Shown: positions 17,043 to 24,949, counted from the stretch's first letter. The stretch: DNA of 31,686 nucleotides from Candidatus Falkowbacteria bacterium CG10_big_fil_rev_8_21_14_0_10_43_10 (GCA_002773655.1 PFAR01000024.1:25986-57671), one strand, 5' to 3'. The notes: a model not told the origin generated them from the letters alone. Made by a program: numbers and translations.

Positions 17043-17072
17043 AAGGATGTGCCTAGACATCCTTTTTCTTTT
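17043..17072 (+). terminator. Intrinsic terminator
   Basis: AAGGATGT-GCCTAG-ACATCCTT followed by TTTCTTTT. Confidence 0.7.
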
Positions 17073-17101
17073 TGGAACTGATTGGACCAAGGTGGTTATC
17101 C

Positions 17102-17130
17102 TTGAAATAAAATTACTACAATGATACACT
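17102..17130 (+). promoter_or_regulatory. Promoter TTGAAA-17-(TG)TACACT of the manC-like gene
   Basis: 17-nt spacer and an extended -10 TG at 17122-23. Confidence 0.55.
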
Positions 17131-17139
17131 GACTTTGCA

Positions 17140-17190
17140 ACTTATGGCTTACGATTTATAATCTGCCTGCCGACAGGCAGGCTTACAACT
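17140..17190. repeat. CTGCCTG-CCGA-CAGGCAG REP-like hairpin embedded in a 7-nt array
   Basis: ACTTATG GCTTACG ATTTATA [hairpin 17163-80] GCTTACA. Confidence 0.65.
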
Positions 17191-17195
17191 GAAAT

Positions 17196-18236
17196 ATGAA
17201 GTTAGTAATTTTTGCCGGCGGCATCGGAACCAGGCTCTGGCCGCTGTCGCGGGAAAATTCGCCGAAACAATTTGATAAAATTTTTTCCGGTCGCTCGACT
17301 TTGGAACTGGCGGTTGATCGCGTGAAGAATACTTTCGGTATAGATAATATTTTTATCCAGACCATTTCTAATTTTAAAAAGATTGTCCGGGAACAAATTC
17401 CTGATCTGCCGGAAGAGAATATTATTATTGAATCGTCCCGGCGTAATTTAGGTCCGGCCGTCTGCCTGGCCAGTTTGGAACTGCAAAAAAGAGGTTACGG
17501 CGGGCCAATGGCGATTCTCTGGGCCGACCAATTAATGGATGATACAGTGGAATTCGTGCGCGCTTTAAAAGCCGGAGAGGAGCTAATCAATCAGGAGCCA
17601 AAACGTTTTGTGTTTCTGGGAGAGCGCCCCCGCTTCGCCAACAATAATCTTGGCTGGATTACTGTCGGAGAAAGAACCGGTTTGATCAACGACATGGATT
17701 ATTTTGCTTTCCAAGGTTGGAAATACAAACCAACAGCCGAAGAGTGTGAACGTTTATTTAGGTCGGGGGCCTCCTGTTGGAACCCGGGATATTTTATCAC
17801 ATCAATCAGCTGGTTGCTTGAACAATATAAAAAGCTTGCTCCGGAAATTTATCGGCATGTATCCGCCGGAGAATACGGGCAGGCGGAAGCGATTCACTTT
17901 GACAGCGCCGTTATTGAAAAAGTAGACCTGTTAAATGCGGTAGTGATAAAGACAAATATGGGCTGGAGCGATCCCGGCACGCTCTACGCTTTAAAAGAGG
18001 CGCTGGAAGAAAGCAGAGAGGCGAATGTTATTCAAGGCAACGTTTCCGCCCTTAACACCAGCGACAGTTTGATTTATAATTTAGAAAAAGAAAAACTGGT
18101 GGCTGTTCTCGGGCTGAAAGAGATGGTAGTGGTCAATACCCCTGACGCCTTGATTGTCGTGCCAAAAGACGAGGTGGTGCATATTACCGAGCTGGTAAAT
18201 AAAATGAAAGAAGAAAGAAAAGATAAATATTTATAA
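17196..18236 (+). CDS. Mannose-1-phosphate guanylyltransferase-like nucleotidyltransferase
   Basis: FAGGIGTRLWPLSRENSPKQF, RRNLGPA, WADQ, WNPGYF, GWSD.G, C-terminal beta-helix with VVVNTPDALIV. Confidence 0.88.
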   Translation: MKLVIFAGGIGTRLWPLSRENSPKQFDKIFSGRSTLELAVDRVKNTFGIDNIFIQTISNFKKIVREQIPDLPEENIIIESSRRNLGPAVCLASLELQKRGYGGPMAILWADQLMDDTVEFVRALKAGEELINQEPKRFVFLGERPRFANNNLGWITVGERTGLINDMDYFAFQGWKYKPTAEECERLFRSGASCWNPGYFITSISWLLEQYKKLAPEIYRHVSAGEYGQAEAIHFDSAVIEKVDLLNAVVIKTNMGWSDPGTLYALKEALEESREANVIQGNVSALNTSDSLIYNLEKEKLVAVLGLKEMVVVNTPDALIVVPKDEVVHITELVNKMKEERKDKYL

Positions 18237-18238
18237 TA

Positions 18239-18282
18239 TCATTGCTTCGCCTGACTCGCCGGCAGGCGGACTCGCAATGACA
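18239..18282. repeat. GTCAT-type REP (TCATTGC...GCAATGACA) with a nested CCTG...CAGG hairpin
   Basis: Outer stem TCATTGC/GCAATGA, inner TTCGCCTG/CAGGCGGA. Confidence 0.65.
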
Positions 18283-18289
18283 TAAAAAT

Positions 18290-19333
18290 ATGTTGCAAAA
18301 ATTAACGACTTCAATGGGAATAATTTTATCTCTCATAATATTAATCGGCGCGACCGTCTATATTTCTTTTTGGCGCGGCATCAACCAGCCGGCGCGGGCA
18401 GAGGGCGGGGAGGTTAATTTTATAGTAAAAGAAGGCGAGAGCGTTGCTCTGATAAGCGATCGGTTGGCAATGGAAGGCTTAATATCAAAATCTTTTTATT
18501 TTGACTGGTACGCGACATTTAAAAGAATTGACAAGAAGATCCAGGCCGGCAAATATATTTTAAACAAAAACATGAATATAAAGGAGATAGCCAGAAAACT
18601 CTCCGCCGGCGATGTTACCAATCAGGAGAAGACAATAAAAATTATTGAGGGCTGGGATATTAATGATATCGCCGAATATTTGGAACAGAAGCATGGGTTC
18701 AGCGCCAAGGATTTCATTAAACTCACCCAGCCGGGCGCGGGGACTTGTTTCGCCAAAGATATTTGCCGTTTTTCCCAGACGGATTCGCTGCCGGCGGACG
18801 CGGATTTGGAAGGCTACCTCTTTCCAGATACTTACCGCGTTTATAATGACGCGAGCGTTGAGGATGTTATTGCCAAGATGCTTAGTAATTTTGACGAAAA
18901 AATTACTCCGGAGATGCGGGAGGATATTGCCATCCAGGGAAAAACCTTGCATAAAATTATTATTATGGCCTCGCTAATTGAAAAAGAAGTGCGGAAGGTT
19001 GAAGATATGAAAGTAGTATCCGGAATATTTTGGAACAGGATAGAAAGGGGCCAGCCTCTGGAATCCTGCGCGACACTGGCATATGTGCTGGGCGAAAATA
19101 AGCCGCAATACAGCATCGAGGACACAAAAATTGATTCACCGTATAATACTTATCAGAACTATGGCTTGCCGCCCGGTCCGATTTCCAATCCGGGTTTAAA
19201 TGCCATTCAAGCCGCTATTTATCCGGCAAAAACCGATTATTTATATTTTCTTAATGAACTGGAAAGCGGCGAAACTCACTTCGCGAAAACATTTGAGGAG
19301 CATAGTGAAAATAAAAGACTTTATTTGAAATAG
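18290..19333 (+). CDS. mltG: Endolytic transglycosylase MltG (YceG family)
   Basis: N-terminal TM, IQAGKY, LEGYLFPDTY, ASLIEKE (catalytic Glu), SPYNTY..YGLPPGPISNPG, YLYF. Confidence 0.95.
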   Translation: MLQKLTTSMGIILSLIILIGATVYISFWRGINQPARAEGGEVNFIVKEGESVALISDRLAMEGLISKSFYFDWYATFKRIDKKIQAGKYILNKNMNIKEIARKLSAGDVTNQEKTIKIIEGWDINDIAEYLEQKHGFSAKDFIKLTQPGAGTCFAKDICRFSQTDSLPADADLEGYLFPDTYRVYNDASVEDVIAKMLSNFDEKITPEMREDIAIQGKTLHKIIIMASLIEKEVRKVEDMKVVSGIFWNRIERGQPLESCATLAYVLGENKPQYSIEDTKIDSPYNTYQNYGLPPGPISNPGLNAIQAAIYPAKTDYLYFLNELESGETHFAKTFEEHSENKRLYLK

Positions 19334-19364
19334 TCATAAGACACAAGCCGCAGGTGTAAAATTA

Positions 19365-19412
19365 ATTTCAAATTCCAAAGCATTTTAATTTTGAATTTAA
19401 ATATTTGAATTT
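19365..19412. repeat. Short TTCAAAT/ATTTGAA inverted arms upstream of pyrH
   Basis: TTCAAAT 19367-73; TTTGAAT at 19390-96 and 19404-10. Confidence 0.4.
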
Positions 19413-19426
19413 ATTTATAATAATTT

Positions 19427-20104
19427 ATGACTTACATAATCTCGCTCGGCGGATCTTTAATCGCGCCATCAGCTGGAATTGACTGGAAATATTTAAAAAA
19501 ATTCCGCGGTTTGATAATGGAGCAGATCCAAAAAGGCAATAAGTTTATTTTAGTCGCTGGCGGCGGCGCTATCTGCCGCGAATATCAGCGGGCGGCGGAG
19601 AAAGTCGTTATTTTAAGCGACGAAGACAAAGACTGGCTGGGCATCCACTCCACCCGGCTTAACGCCCATCTGTTGCGGACTATTTTTTTTGATGTGGCGC
19701 GTCCGGAGATAATTACCAATCCGGCAAAAAAAATAAGGGCGCAGGAGGCGATTATAGTAGCGGCCGGATGGAAACCGGGGCGGTCGACGGATTATGATGC
19801 GGTGATACTCGCTAAGCGGTATAAAGCCAAGGCAGTAATAAATTTGTCTAATATAAACTGCGTTTATGATAAGGACCCGAAAGAATATAAAAATGCGAGA
19901 AAAATTGAAAAAATAAACTGGGCGGATTTTAGGAAAATAGTGGGGAATAAGTGGATTCCGGGGCTGAACAGGCCCTTTGACCCCATTGCCTCGCAACTGG
20001 CGGAAAAATTAAAGCTGCAGGTTGTCATTATGAACGGCAAAAAATTAGGCAATTTTGAAAAGTGTTTAGATAGTAAAAAATTTCAAGGAACAGTTATAAA
20101 ATAA
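19427..20104 (+). CDS. pyrH: UMP kinase (archaeal-type signature)
   Basis: IISLGGS, VAGGG, DWLGI..TRLNA, GWKPGRSTD..A, NLSNINCVYDKDP, FDP.A. Confidence 0.9.
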   Translation: MTYIISLGGSLIAPSAGIDWKYLKKFRGLIMEQIQKGNKFILVAGGGAICREYQRAAEKVVILSDEDKDWLGIHSTRLNAHLLRTIFFDVARPEIITNPAKKIRAQEAIIVAAGWKPGRSTDYDAVILAKRYKAKAVINLSNINCVYDKDPKEYKNARKIEKINWADFRKIVGNKWIPGLNRPFDPIASQLAEKLKLQVVIMNGKKLGNFEKCLDSKKFQGTVIK

Positions 20105-20142
20105 TATAAAATTGCTAAAATTAAAAGGGAACCGCCATGAAT

Positions 20143-20170
20143 TTGACATATTTTATAATTATGTTAATAT
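20143..20170 (+). promoter_or_regulatory. Promoter of rplJL
   Basis: TTGACA 20143-48, 16-nt spacer, TG-t-TAATAT 20162-70. Confidence 0.65.
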
Positions 20171-20178
20171 ATACGTAA

Positions 20179-20318
20179 TTCCACAGACAGCGGGCGGCTT
20201 AACCGGCGTGAGACCTGCAGAGGAAGAAATATTATAAATTATAGGTTATAGTTAAAAAATGACTAATAACCCATAATTTATGGCAAAAGCGGTCTGTGGA
20301 AATACCACGGCTTTTTTT
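20179..20318 (+). ncRNA. L10 leader (rplJL autoregulatory RNA) with an overlapping terminator
   Basis: CCACAGAC-AGCGGG...CTTAA...CCTGC-AGAGG core; TTCCACAGAC pairs with GTCTGTGGAA (20292-301); alternative hairpin TGTGG-AAATA-CCACG followed by GCTTTTTTT; directly upstream of rplJ. Confidence 0.85.
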
Positions 20319-20350
20319 ATTTCATATTTAATATTTCAAGATATTTACTA

Positions 20351-20378
20351 ATTGTTAGTTGTCGATTGTCAACTGCCA
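20351..20378 (+). repeat. Four 7-nt units upstream of rplJ
   Basis: ATTGTTA GTTGTCG ATTGTCA ACTGCCA. Confidence 0.5.
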
Positions 20379-20391
20379 ATTTTTTAAAAGT

Positions 20392-20913
20392 ATGGCGATT
20401 AATAAGCAAAAAAAACAAGAAATTATTAAAAATTTGCAAGATAAAATCAGCCGGGCAAAATCCGTAGTTTTTGCCAAATATTTCGGCATCGGCGCCAATG
20501 AGATTAATAACCTGCGCAATAAAGTCAGGGAGTCTGGCGGCGAATATGTGGTGGCAAAAAAGACATTGCTGGATGTCGCTTTCAGCAAGAGTAAAATTGA
20601 TGGTATAAAAATAAGGGAGATAGAGGGGGAAATAGCGACTGTATTCGGGTATGAAGATGAAGTGGCGCCGGCTAAAATTTTAGATGAATTTAAAAAAAGC
20701 CATGAAAGCGTAGAGCTGATGGGCGGCGTTCTGGAAGACAGGTTTATCGACGCTGAGAAAGTAAAAGCGCTGGCTAAATTGCCTTCCAAGCCGGAATTAT
20801 ACGCCAAAATAGTTGGTTCGCTTAACGCCCCGATTTCCGGTTTTGTTAATGTGCTGGCCGGAAATCTGCGCGGATTAGTAACCGTGCTGAAGGCTATCGG
20901 AGACAAAAAATAG
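20392..20913 (+). CDS. rplJ: 50S ribosomal protein L10 (start MAINKQKK at 20392)
   Basis: VVAKKTLL, LMGGVLE, LAKLPSKPELYAKIVGSLNAPISGFVNVL. Confidence 0.96.
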   Translation: MAINKQKKQEIIKNLQDKISRAKSVVFAKYFGIGANEINNLRNKVRESGGEYVVAKKTLLDVAFSKSKIDGIKIREIEGEIATVFGYEDEVAPAKILDEFKKSHESVELMGGVLEDRFIDAEKVKALAKLPSKPELYAKIVGSLNAPISGFVNVLAGNLRGLVTVLKAIGDKK

Positions 20914-20959
20914 TTTTTGTATAAATTTTAGTAAATTAATAAAATAATAAATTAAATTT

Positions 20960-21391
20960 ATGACAGAAGAAAAGAAAGAAGAAACTGCAACTGAGGAAAA
21001 AAGCGCAGTAGTTCCAGAAAAATTTAAATCTCTGGTTGAAGAGATTGAAAAAATGTCCGTTTTGGATTTAGCTGAATTAGTTAAAATCCTGGAAGACAAA
21101 TTCGGCGTATCAGCCGCGGCTCCAGCCATGATGATGAGCGCTATGCCTGGCGCGGTCGGACAGGTCGCCGCCGAAGAGAAAACTGAGTTTAATGTTGAAT
21201 TAACCGCCGTCGGCGGCAACAAAATCGCGGTCATTAAAGTGGTAAAAGAAATTACCGGTTTGGGCTTAAAAGAAGCCAAGGATTTAGTTGACGGCGCCCC
21301 CAAAATAATAAAAGAAAGCGTAAAGAAAGAAGAAGCGGAAGCGATGAAGAAAAAAATTGAAGATGCCGGAGGACAAGTGACTTTGAAGTAA
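20960..21391 (+). CDS. rplL: 50S ribosomal protein L7/L12
   Basis: [55 protein letters not shown]. Confidence 0.98.
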   Translation: MTEEKKEETATEEKSAVVPEKFKSLVEEIEKMSVLDLAELVKILEDKFGVSAAAPAMMMSAMPGAVGQVAAEEKTEFNVELTAVGGNKIAVIKVVKEITGLGLKEAKDLVDGAPKIIKESVKKEEAEAMKKKIEDAGGQVTLK

Positions 21392-21403
21392 GAAACACAA
21401 AAT

Positions 21404-21450
21404 AAATAAAATATAGGGGCAGCGCAATGCGCTGCCCCTATATTTTATTT
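21404..21450. terminator. Bidirectional terminator, 22-bp perfect stem, GTAG-REP-like core
   Basis: AAATAAAATATAGGGGCAGCGC-AAT-GCGCTGCCCCTATATTTTATTT between convergent genes. Confidence 0.85.
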
Positions 21451-23706
21451 CAAATGTTTTATTTCTATTTCATAAATAGAGGCGCCGCTTAATATTATAA
21501 TTTTCTTTTCCTCTTCTATTACGGCGAAGTCGCGCCAGTCGCTTAATCCCTCAATTCGGTACTGCATAATAAATTTTCCATTTTTGTCAAATACCAATAA
21601 ACGCTTTCCCGCCGGCTCTAATATGTAAATATACCCATTTTCATTTTCGCCGGTCATTTTAAACTTAGCAGGAGCGGTTAAAGGCGGATTAACCGGAGCG
21701 AATTCAAATTCGTTGGAATAGCCGGAAAGCATCTTTAATATCCGGCCGTCATTCAACAGGGCGTATATATATCCGTCAATGGTAAAACTGACGGCATTTT
21801 TTATGTCCAGATCTTCTTTAATCCAGGCGTCCCGCGATTGGTAGTCGCGCGCGTAGCGGAAAATATTATTTCTGGCCGCTGACATTACATACAGCCGTCC
21901 GTTGTAAAAGGCAATGTCGGTTATTTCACCAGGGTTTTCGGTTATCGCGCTATTGATCTCGGAAATATTTAGGTCTTTGTCAACAATCAGCCCGCCCGAG
22001 GCGGAGATGAAAACAGCTTTACCGTCGCTTGATTTCGCGCCGTAGCTTATGTTTTTAGCATCCTTGTTTAATAGTCCGGCTGTATTATCGGCCAAGTTAA
22101 ATTGGTAAAGGGATTTATTGTCAGCGTCGGAGGCGATAATATCCCGGCCTAAGGGAATAATCAACCGGGGGTTGGCCGCCGAGTTAAGCTGGGAAAAATT
22201 AGCCAGTTCCTTGGGATTTTTTATATCAACCACATGGCTTATTTTATCCGTTTGCTCTCTGTTAACGGCGGTGAAATTATCAATTAAATTCTGGTCAATT
22301 TTTTTAAAGTTTTTAAGCTGATCAATAATCCCGCTGGTTTCAACGATAAGCTCCTGAGCCTTGACTTCATTATTATAAAGCAGGCTGGCTTCAATTTGAT
22401 TCTGTTTTTGCTTAACAAGCTGAATCAGCTCTTCATAGCTTTGCTGTTCGGCCTGCTGGGTTTTATTGCGGGTAACCTGGATAATGCCGTAAGCAAACAG
22501 GCCGGAGCAGACAACAAAAGTCATTAGCCAGACTTTGCTGATGGCGGAAAGATTAATAAACCAATGGAAACTTTTCAGCGCTGATGTTTTTACCGCCAGC
22601 CAGATATTTTTTACTGCCCGGAAAGATTTAAGAGATAACTCTTTCGGATGCGACAAAAGGCGGGTAAAGTAAATAATGATATTAAAGGCATAGGTAAAAA
22701 AATTTTTTCCATGGTAGCGCAAGCGTGTTAGGAAATTAAGGCGGTGTTTTTTAACCAGAAAGATTTTATCCCTGATGGCGGTAGTAATTTTTTTCTCCCG
22801 CGAGCCGGTTATTTTAGCGCCGATTTTTTTAAGGGCCGCCAGGTAGCGATTAGCGCTGATAATTCCCACCGGCGACAGGTATTTTTCCGTTTCATTTTCC
22901 GTTTCATTCATTAATTCCAGCGAGTTGCTGGCAGTTACATTTACCTGCATCCTGGGGATTGAACGTTTAACATGGGGAGTGGTGGAGTTTTTTATAATAA
23001 TGGCCAAAAAAGTCACATAGCTGTTGATTTTATGCAGCTGGCCTTTTAAATATTCAATAGCGCTTGTCGGCGGAAGGGTAGTGATAATTTTTGTTAAATG
23101 CCGGTTGTTGATATACTCCGGCAGTATTTCATTCGCGAACACGAGATATCCTTCGGACGGAATTTTCCCTTCGGTAATGTTGGAAAATATTTTATTAAGC
23201 TGGATTTTCGCCGGCCCTTCCTGGTCGTTAATAGCTGTGATTTTATATATTTTTTTGTCTTCCTCTTCTTCTGTTTTGTCATGATAAATCAGCATCGCCT
23301 TTATTTTTCCGGCCGAACTGAAGACCAGGTCGTTTTTATACACCACCCCCACTATAATGTTAAGCAGTTTAGGGTCTATTTTTACCTTTTCTTTTTTTAA
23401 AAAAGCTTCAAACTCCGCGTTGGTTTTGGCCAGCGCGGTTTCAAATATTTCTCCGATTCTGATTGTTCCCATTTTTTCCCGCAAGCTTATTTTTTCATTA
23501 TGGTAATAGTGAGCCGGCAGGGCGGAGATGAAAAAATTTATTATTTTCAAGGCGATCGGTTTTTTGTTTTCTATTTCGGCGATAAAAAACAATTTGCCCA
23601 GGAGAGCCTCTTGGTCGATTTGGGGATTGCTGATGAATATGTCGGCCGTGCTGGACGACTTCCCGGAAGCGGGAGACAGGATTAAACGCGATATTTTGTA
23701 ATACAT
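21445..23706 (-). CDS. Membrane protein: degenerate PP2C-like N-domain, TM, coiled segment, beta-propeller
   Basis: FSSAGKIKAML and YLVFANEIL echo the PP2C VGDSRAYL / LLLCSDGL motifs; TM near residue 390; propeller-like repeats (DIAFYNGRLYVM, FTIDGYIYAL, YIYILEP..KRLLVFDK). Confidence 0.7.
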   Translation of the reverse strand: MYYKISRLILSPASGKSSSTADIFISNPQIDQEALLGKLFFIAEIENKKPIALKIINFFISALPAHYYHNEKISLREKMGTIRIGEIFETALAKTNAEFEAFLKKEKVKIDPKLLNIIVGVVYKNDLVFSSAGKIKAMLIYHDKTEEEEDKKIYKITAINDQEGPAKIQLNKIFSNITEGKIPSEGYLVFANEILPEYINNRHLTKIITTLPPTSAIEYLKGQLHKINSYVTFLAIIIKNSTTPHVKRSIPRMQVNVTASNSLELMNETENETEKYLSPVGIISANRYLAALKKIGAKITGSREKKITTAIRDKIFLVKKHRLNFLTRLRYHGKNFFTYAFNIIIYFTRLLSHPKELSLKSFRAVKNIWLAVKTSALKSFHWFINLSAISKVWLMTFVVCSGLFAYGIIQVTRNKTQQAEQQSYEELIQLVKQKQNQIEASLLYNNEVKAQELIVETSGIIDQLKNFKKIDQNLIDNFTAVNREQTDKISHVVDIKNPKELANFSQLNSAANPRLIIPLGRDIIASDADNKSLYQFNLADNTAGLLNKDAKNISYGAKSSDGKAVFISASGGLIVDKDLNISEINSAITENPGEITDIAFYNGRLYVMSAARNNIFRYARDYQSRDAWIKEDLDIKNAVSFTIDGYIYALLNDGRILKMLSGYSNEFEFAPVNPPLTAPAKFKMTGENENGYIYILEPAGKRLLVFDKNGKFIMQYRIEGLSDWRDFAVIEEEKKIIILSGASIYEIEIKHLK

Positions 23707-23864
23707 GGGGATAGGTTATATTTGCGCTAAACTATATAAATATATTATAATATAAAAGCAGTGGTTAGTACAATCAGTTCTGTGTTGATATGTGGCTGAT
23801 AAGGAGAGTGGAACTGTTGATTCCATAGTTTATATTACAATATTACGATAAATAAATATAAAAT

Positions 23865-24446
23865 ATGCTGACAAAACTTTTTTCATCTCAAGTGAGGGTT
23901 AAAATATTAAAATTTTTAATAATGCACAGCGAACAGAGCTTTAGCGCCGGAGAAATTGCCGGCGGAACCGGCTCCGCTATCCGCAGCGTAAATAAGGAAA
24001 TCGACAAGCTCCTAGAGGCGGGAGCGGTGATTGAAGAGCTGCAGACCATCCAAGTCAATAAAAAAGCCGTCAAGGTAAAACATTACCGCGTCAATAATAA
24101 CTTTGTAATTTTTGACGAAGTAAAAAATCTTTTCATTAAAATGCAGACGCTGGATTCAGAAGATTTCCGCGAAAAGATGAAAAAGAGCGGCAAGATTAAT
24201 TATGTTGTTTTAACGGGCAACTTCGTCGGCAGCAAGGAATCCGCGATAGACTTGCTTATTGTCGGCGGCATCAGCCATAAAAATTGTGAAGGAATAGTCA
24301 AGAGTTTTGAAAAAAAGATCGGCTGGGAAATAAACTGGACGCTGATGGACCTGCCGGAATACGACTACCGGCAAAAGATTGGCGACATGTTTCTCTATGA
24401 ATTAATGAAAAGCCGGAAGATAGAGTTAATCAGTAAATTCGTTTGA
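23865..24446 (+). CDS. Winged-HTH regulator fused to a degenerate nucleotidyltransferase-like domain
   Basis: LFSSQVRVKIL..F, EIA...G..IRSVNKEIDKL (wHTH); VVLTGNF...SAIDLLIVG (MNT-like). Confidence 0.78.
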   Translation: MLTKLFSSQVRVKILKFLIMHSEQSFSAGEIAGGTGSAIRSVNKEIDKLLEAGAVIEELQTIQVNKKAVKVKHYRVNNNFVIFDEVKNLFIKMQTLDSEDFREKMKKSGKINYVVLTGNFVGSKESAIDLLIVGGISHKNCEGIVKSFEKKIGWEINWTLMDLPEYDYRQKIGDMFLYELMKSRKIELISKFV

Positions 24447-24448
24447 TT

Positions 24449-24940
24449 ACTACAAATTACAAATTAAGTACAAATATACAAATAATTTTTTATGTTGCTT
24501 TATCAAAAGGAGGGTGTTGAGGTTATTTACCCAAGACTAAGCTATAAAATTGTTGGAATATTATTTGATGTATTTAATGAGTTGGGCTACGGTTATCAGG
24601 AAAAATTTTATGAGCGGGCGACAGAAAAATATTTAATAAAAAGAAATATAAATTATCAAAAACAAAAGGGGCATAAAGTTTATATAAATAGGGAATTTAT
24701 CGGTATATATTATTTAGACTTTTTGATAGATGATAAGATTATTTTAGAGCTGAAGAAAGGCAATTATTTTCCTAAGCAAAATATAGATCAAGTTAATGCT
24801 TATTTGCATGCCACCGGTTTAAAATTAGGGATACTGGCAAATTTTACCTCTACCGGAGTTAAATATAAACGTTTATTAAATATTAAATAGATTATAAAAT
24901 TGCAGATTTGTATATTTGTATACAATTTGTAATTTGTAGT
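24449..24940 (+). mobile_element. Putative mobile element: GxxExxY gene bounded by 35-bp inverted TACAAAT-array repeats
   Basis: Left arm 24449-83 and right arm 24906-40 are reverse complements at 32 of 35 positions. Confidence 0.7.
24492..24890 (+). CDS. GxxExxY protein (PD-(D/E)XK nuclease superfamily, PDDEXK_3-like)
   Basis: LSYKIVG, ELGYGYQEKFY (GxxExxY), LDFLIDDKIILELK (D...ExK), QVNAYL, GILANF. Confidence 0.92.
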   Translation: MLLYQKEGVEVIYPRLSYKIVGILFDVFNELGYGYQEKFYERATEKYLIKRNINYQKQKGHKVYINREFIGIYYLDFLIDDKIILELKKGNYFPKQNIDQVNAYLHATGLKLGILANFTSTGVKYKRLLNIK

Positions 24941-24949
24941 GATAATTAT

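Noticed and set aside
23755-23830. Degenerate DnaA-box-like words and small hairpins between the divergent genes
   Set aside because: Each word has two or more mismatches and the stems are short and mutually inconsistent; not enough to call an origin or sRNA.
2973-24949. Longest-ORF starts at 2973, 3432, 5187, 20359, 24908 (and 31414)
   Set aside because: These extensions translate repeat arms, pseudogene or UTR sequence; downstream ATGs (3003, 3459, 5292, 20392, 24950, 31390) match family N-termini or RBS position.
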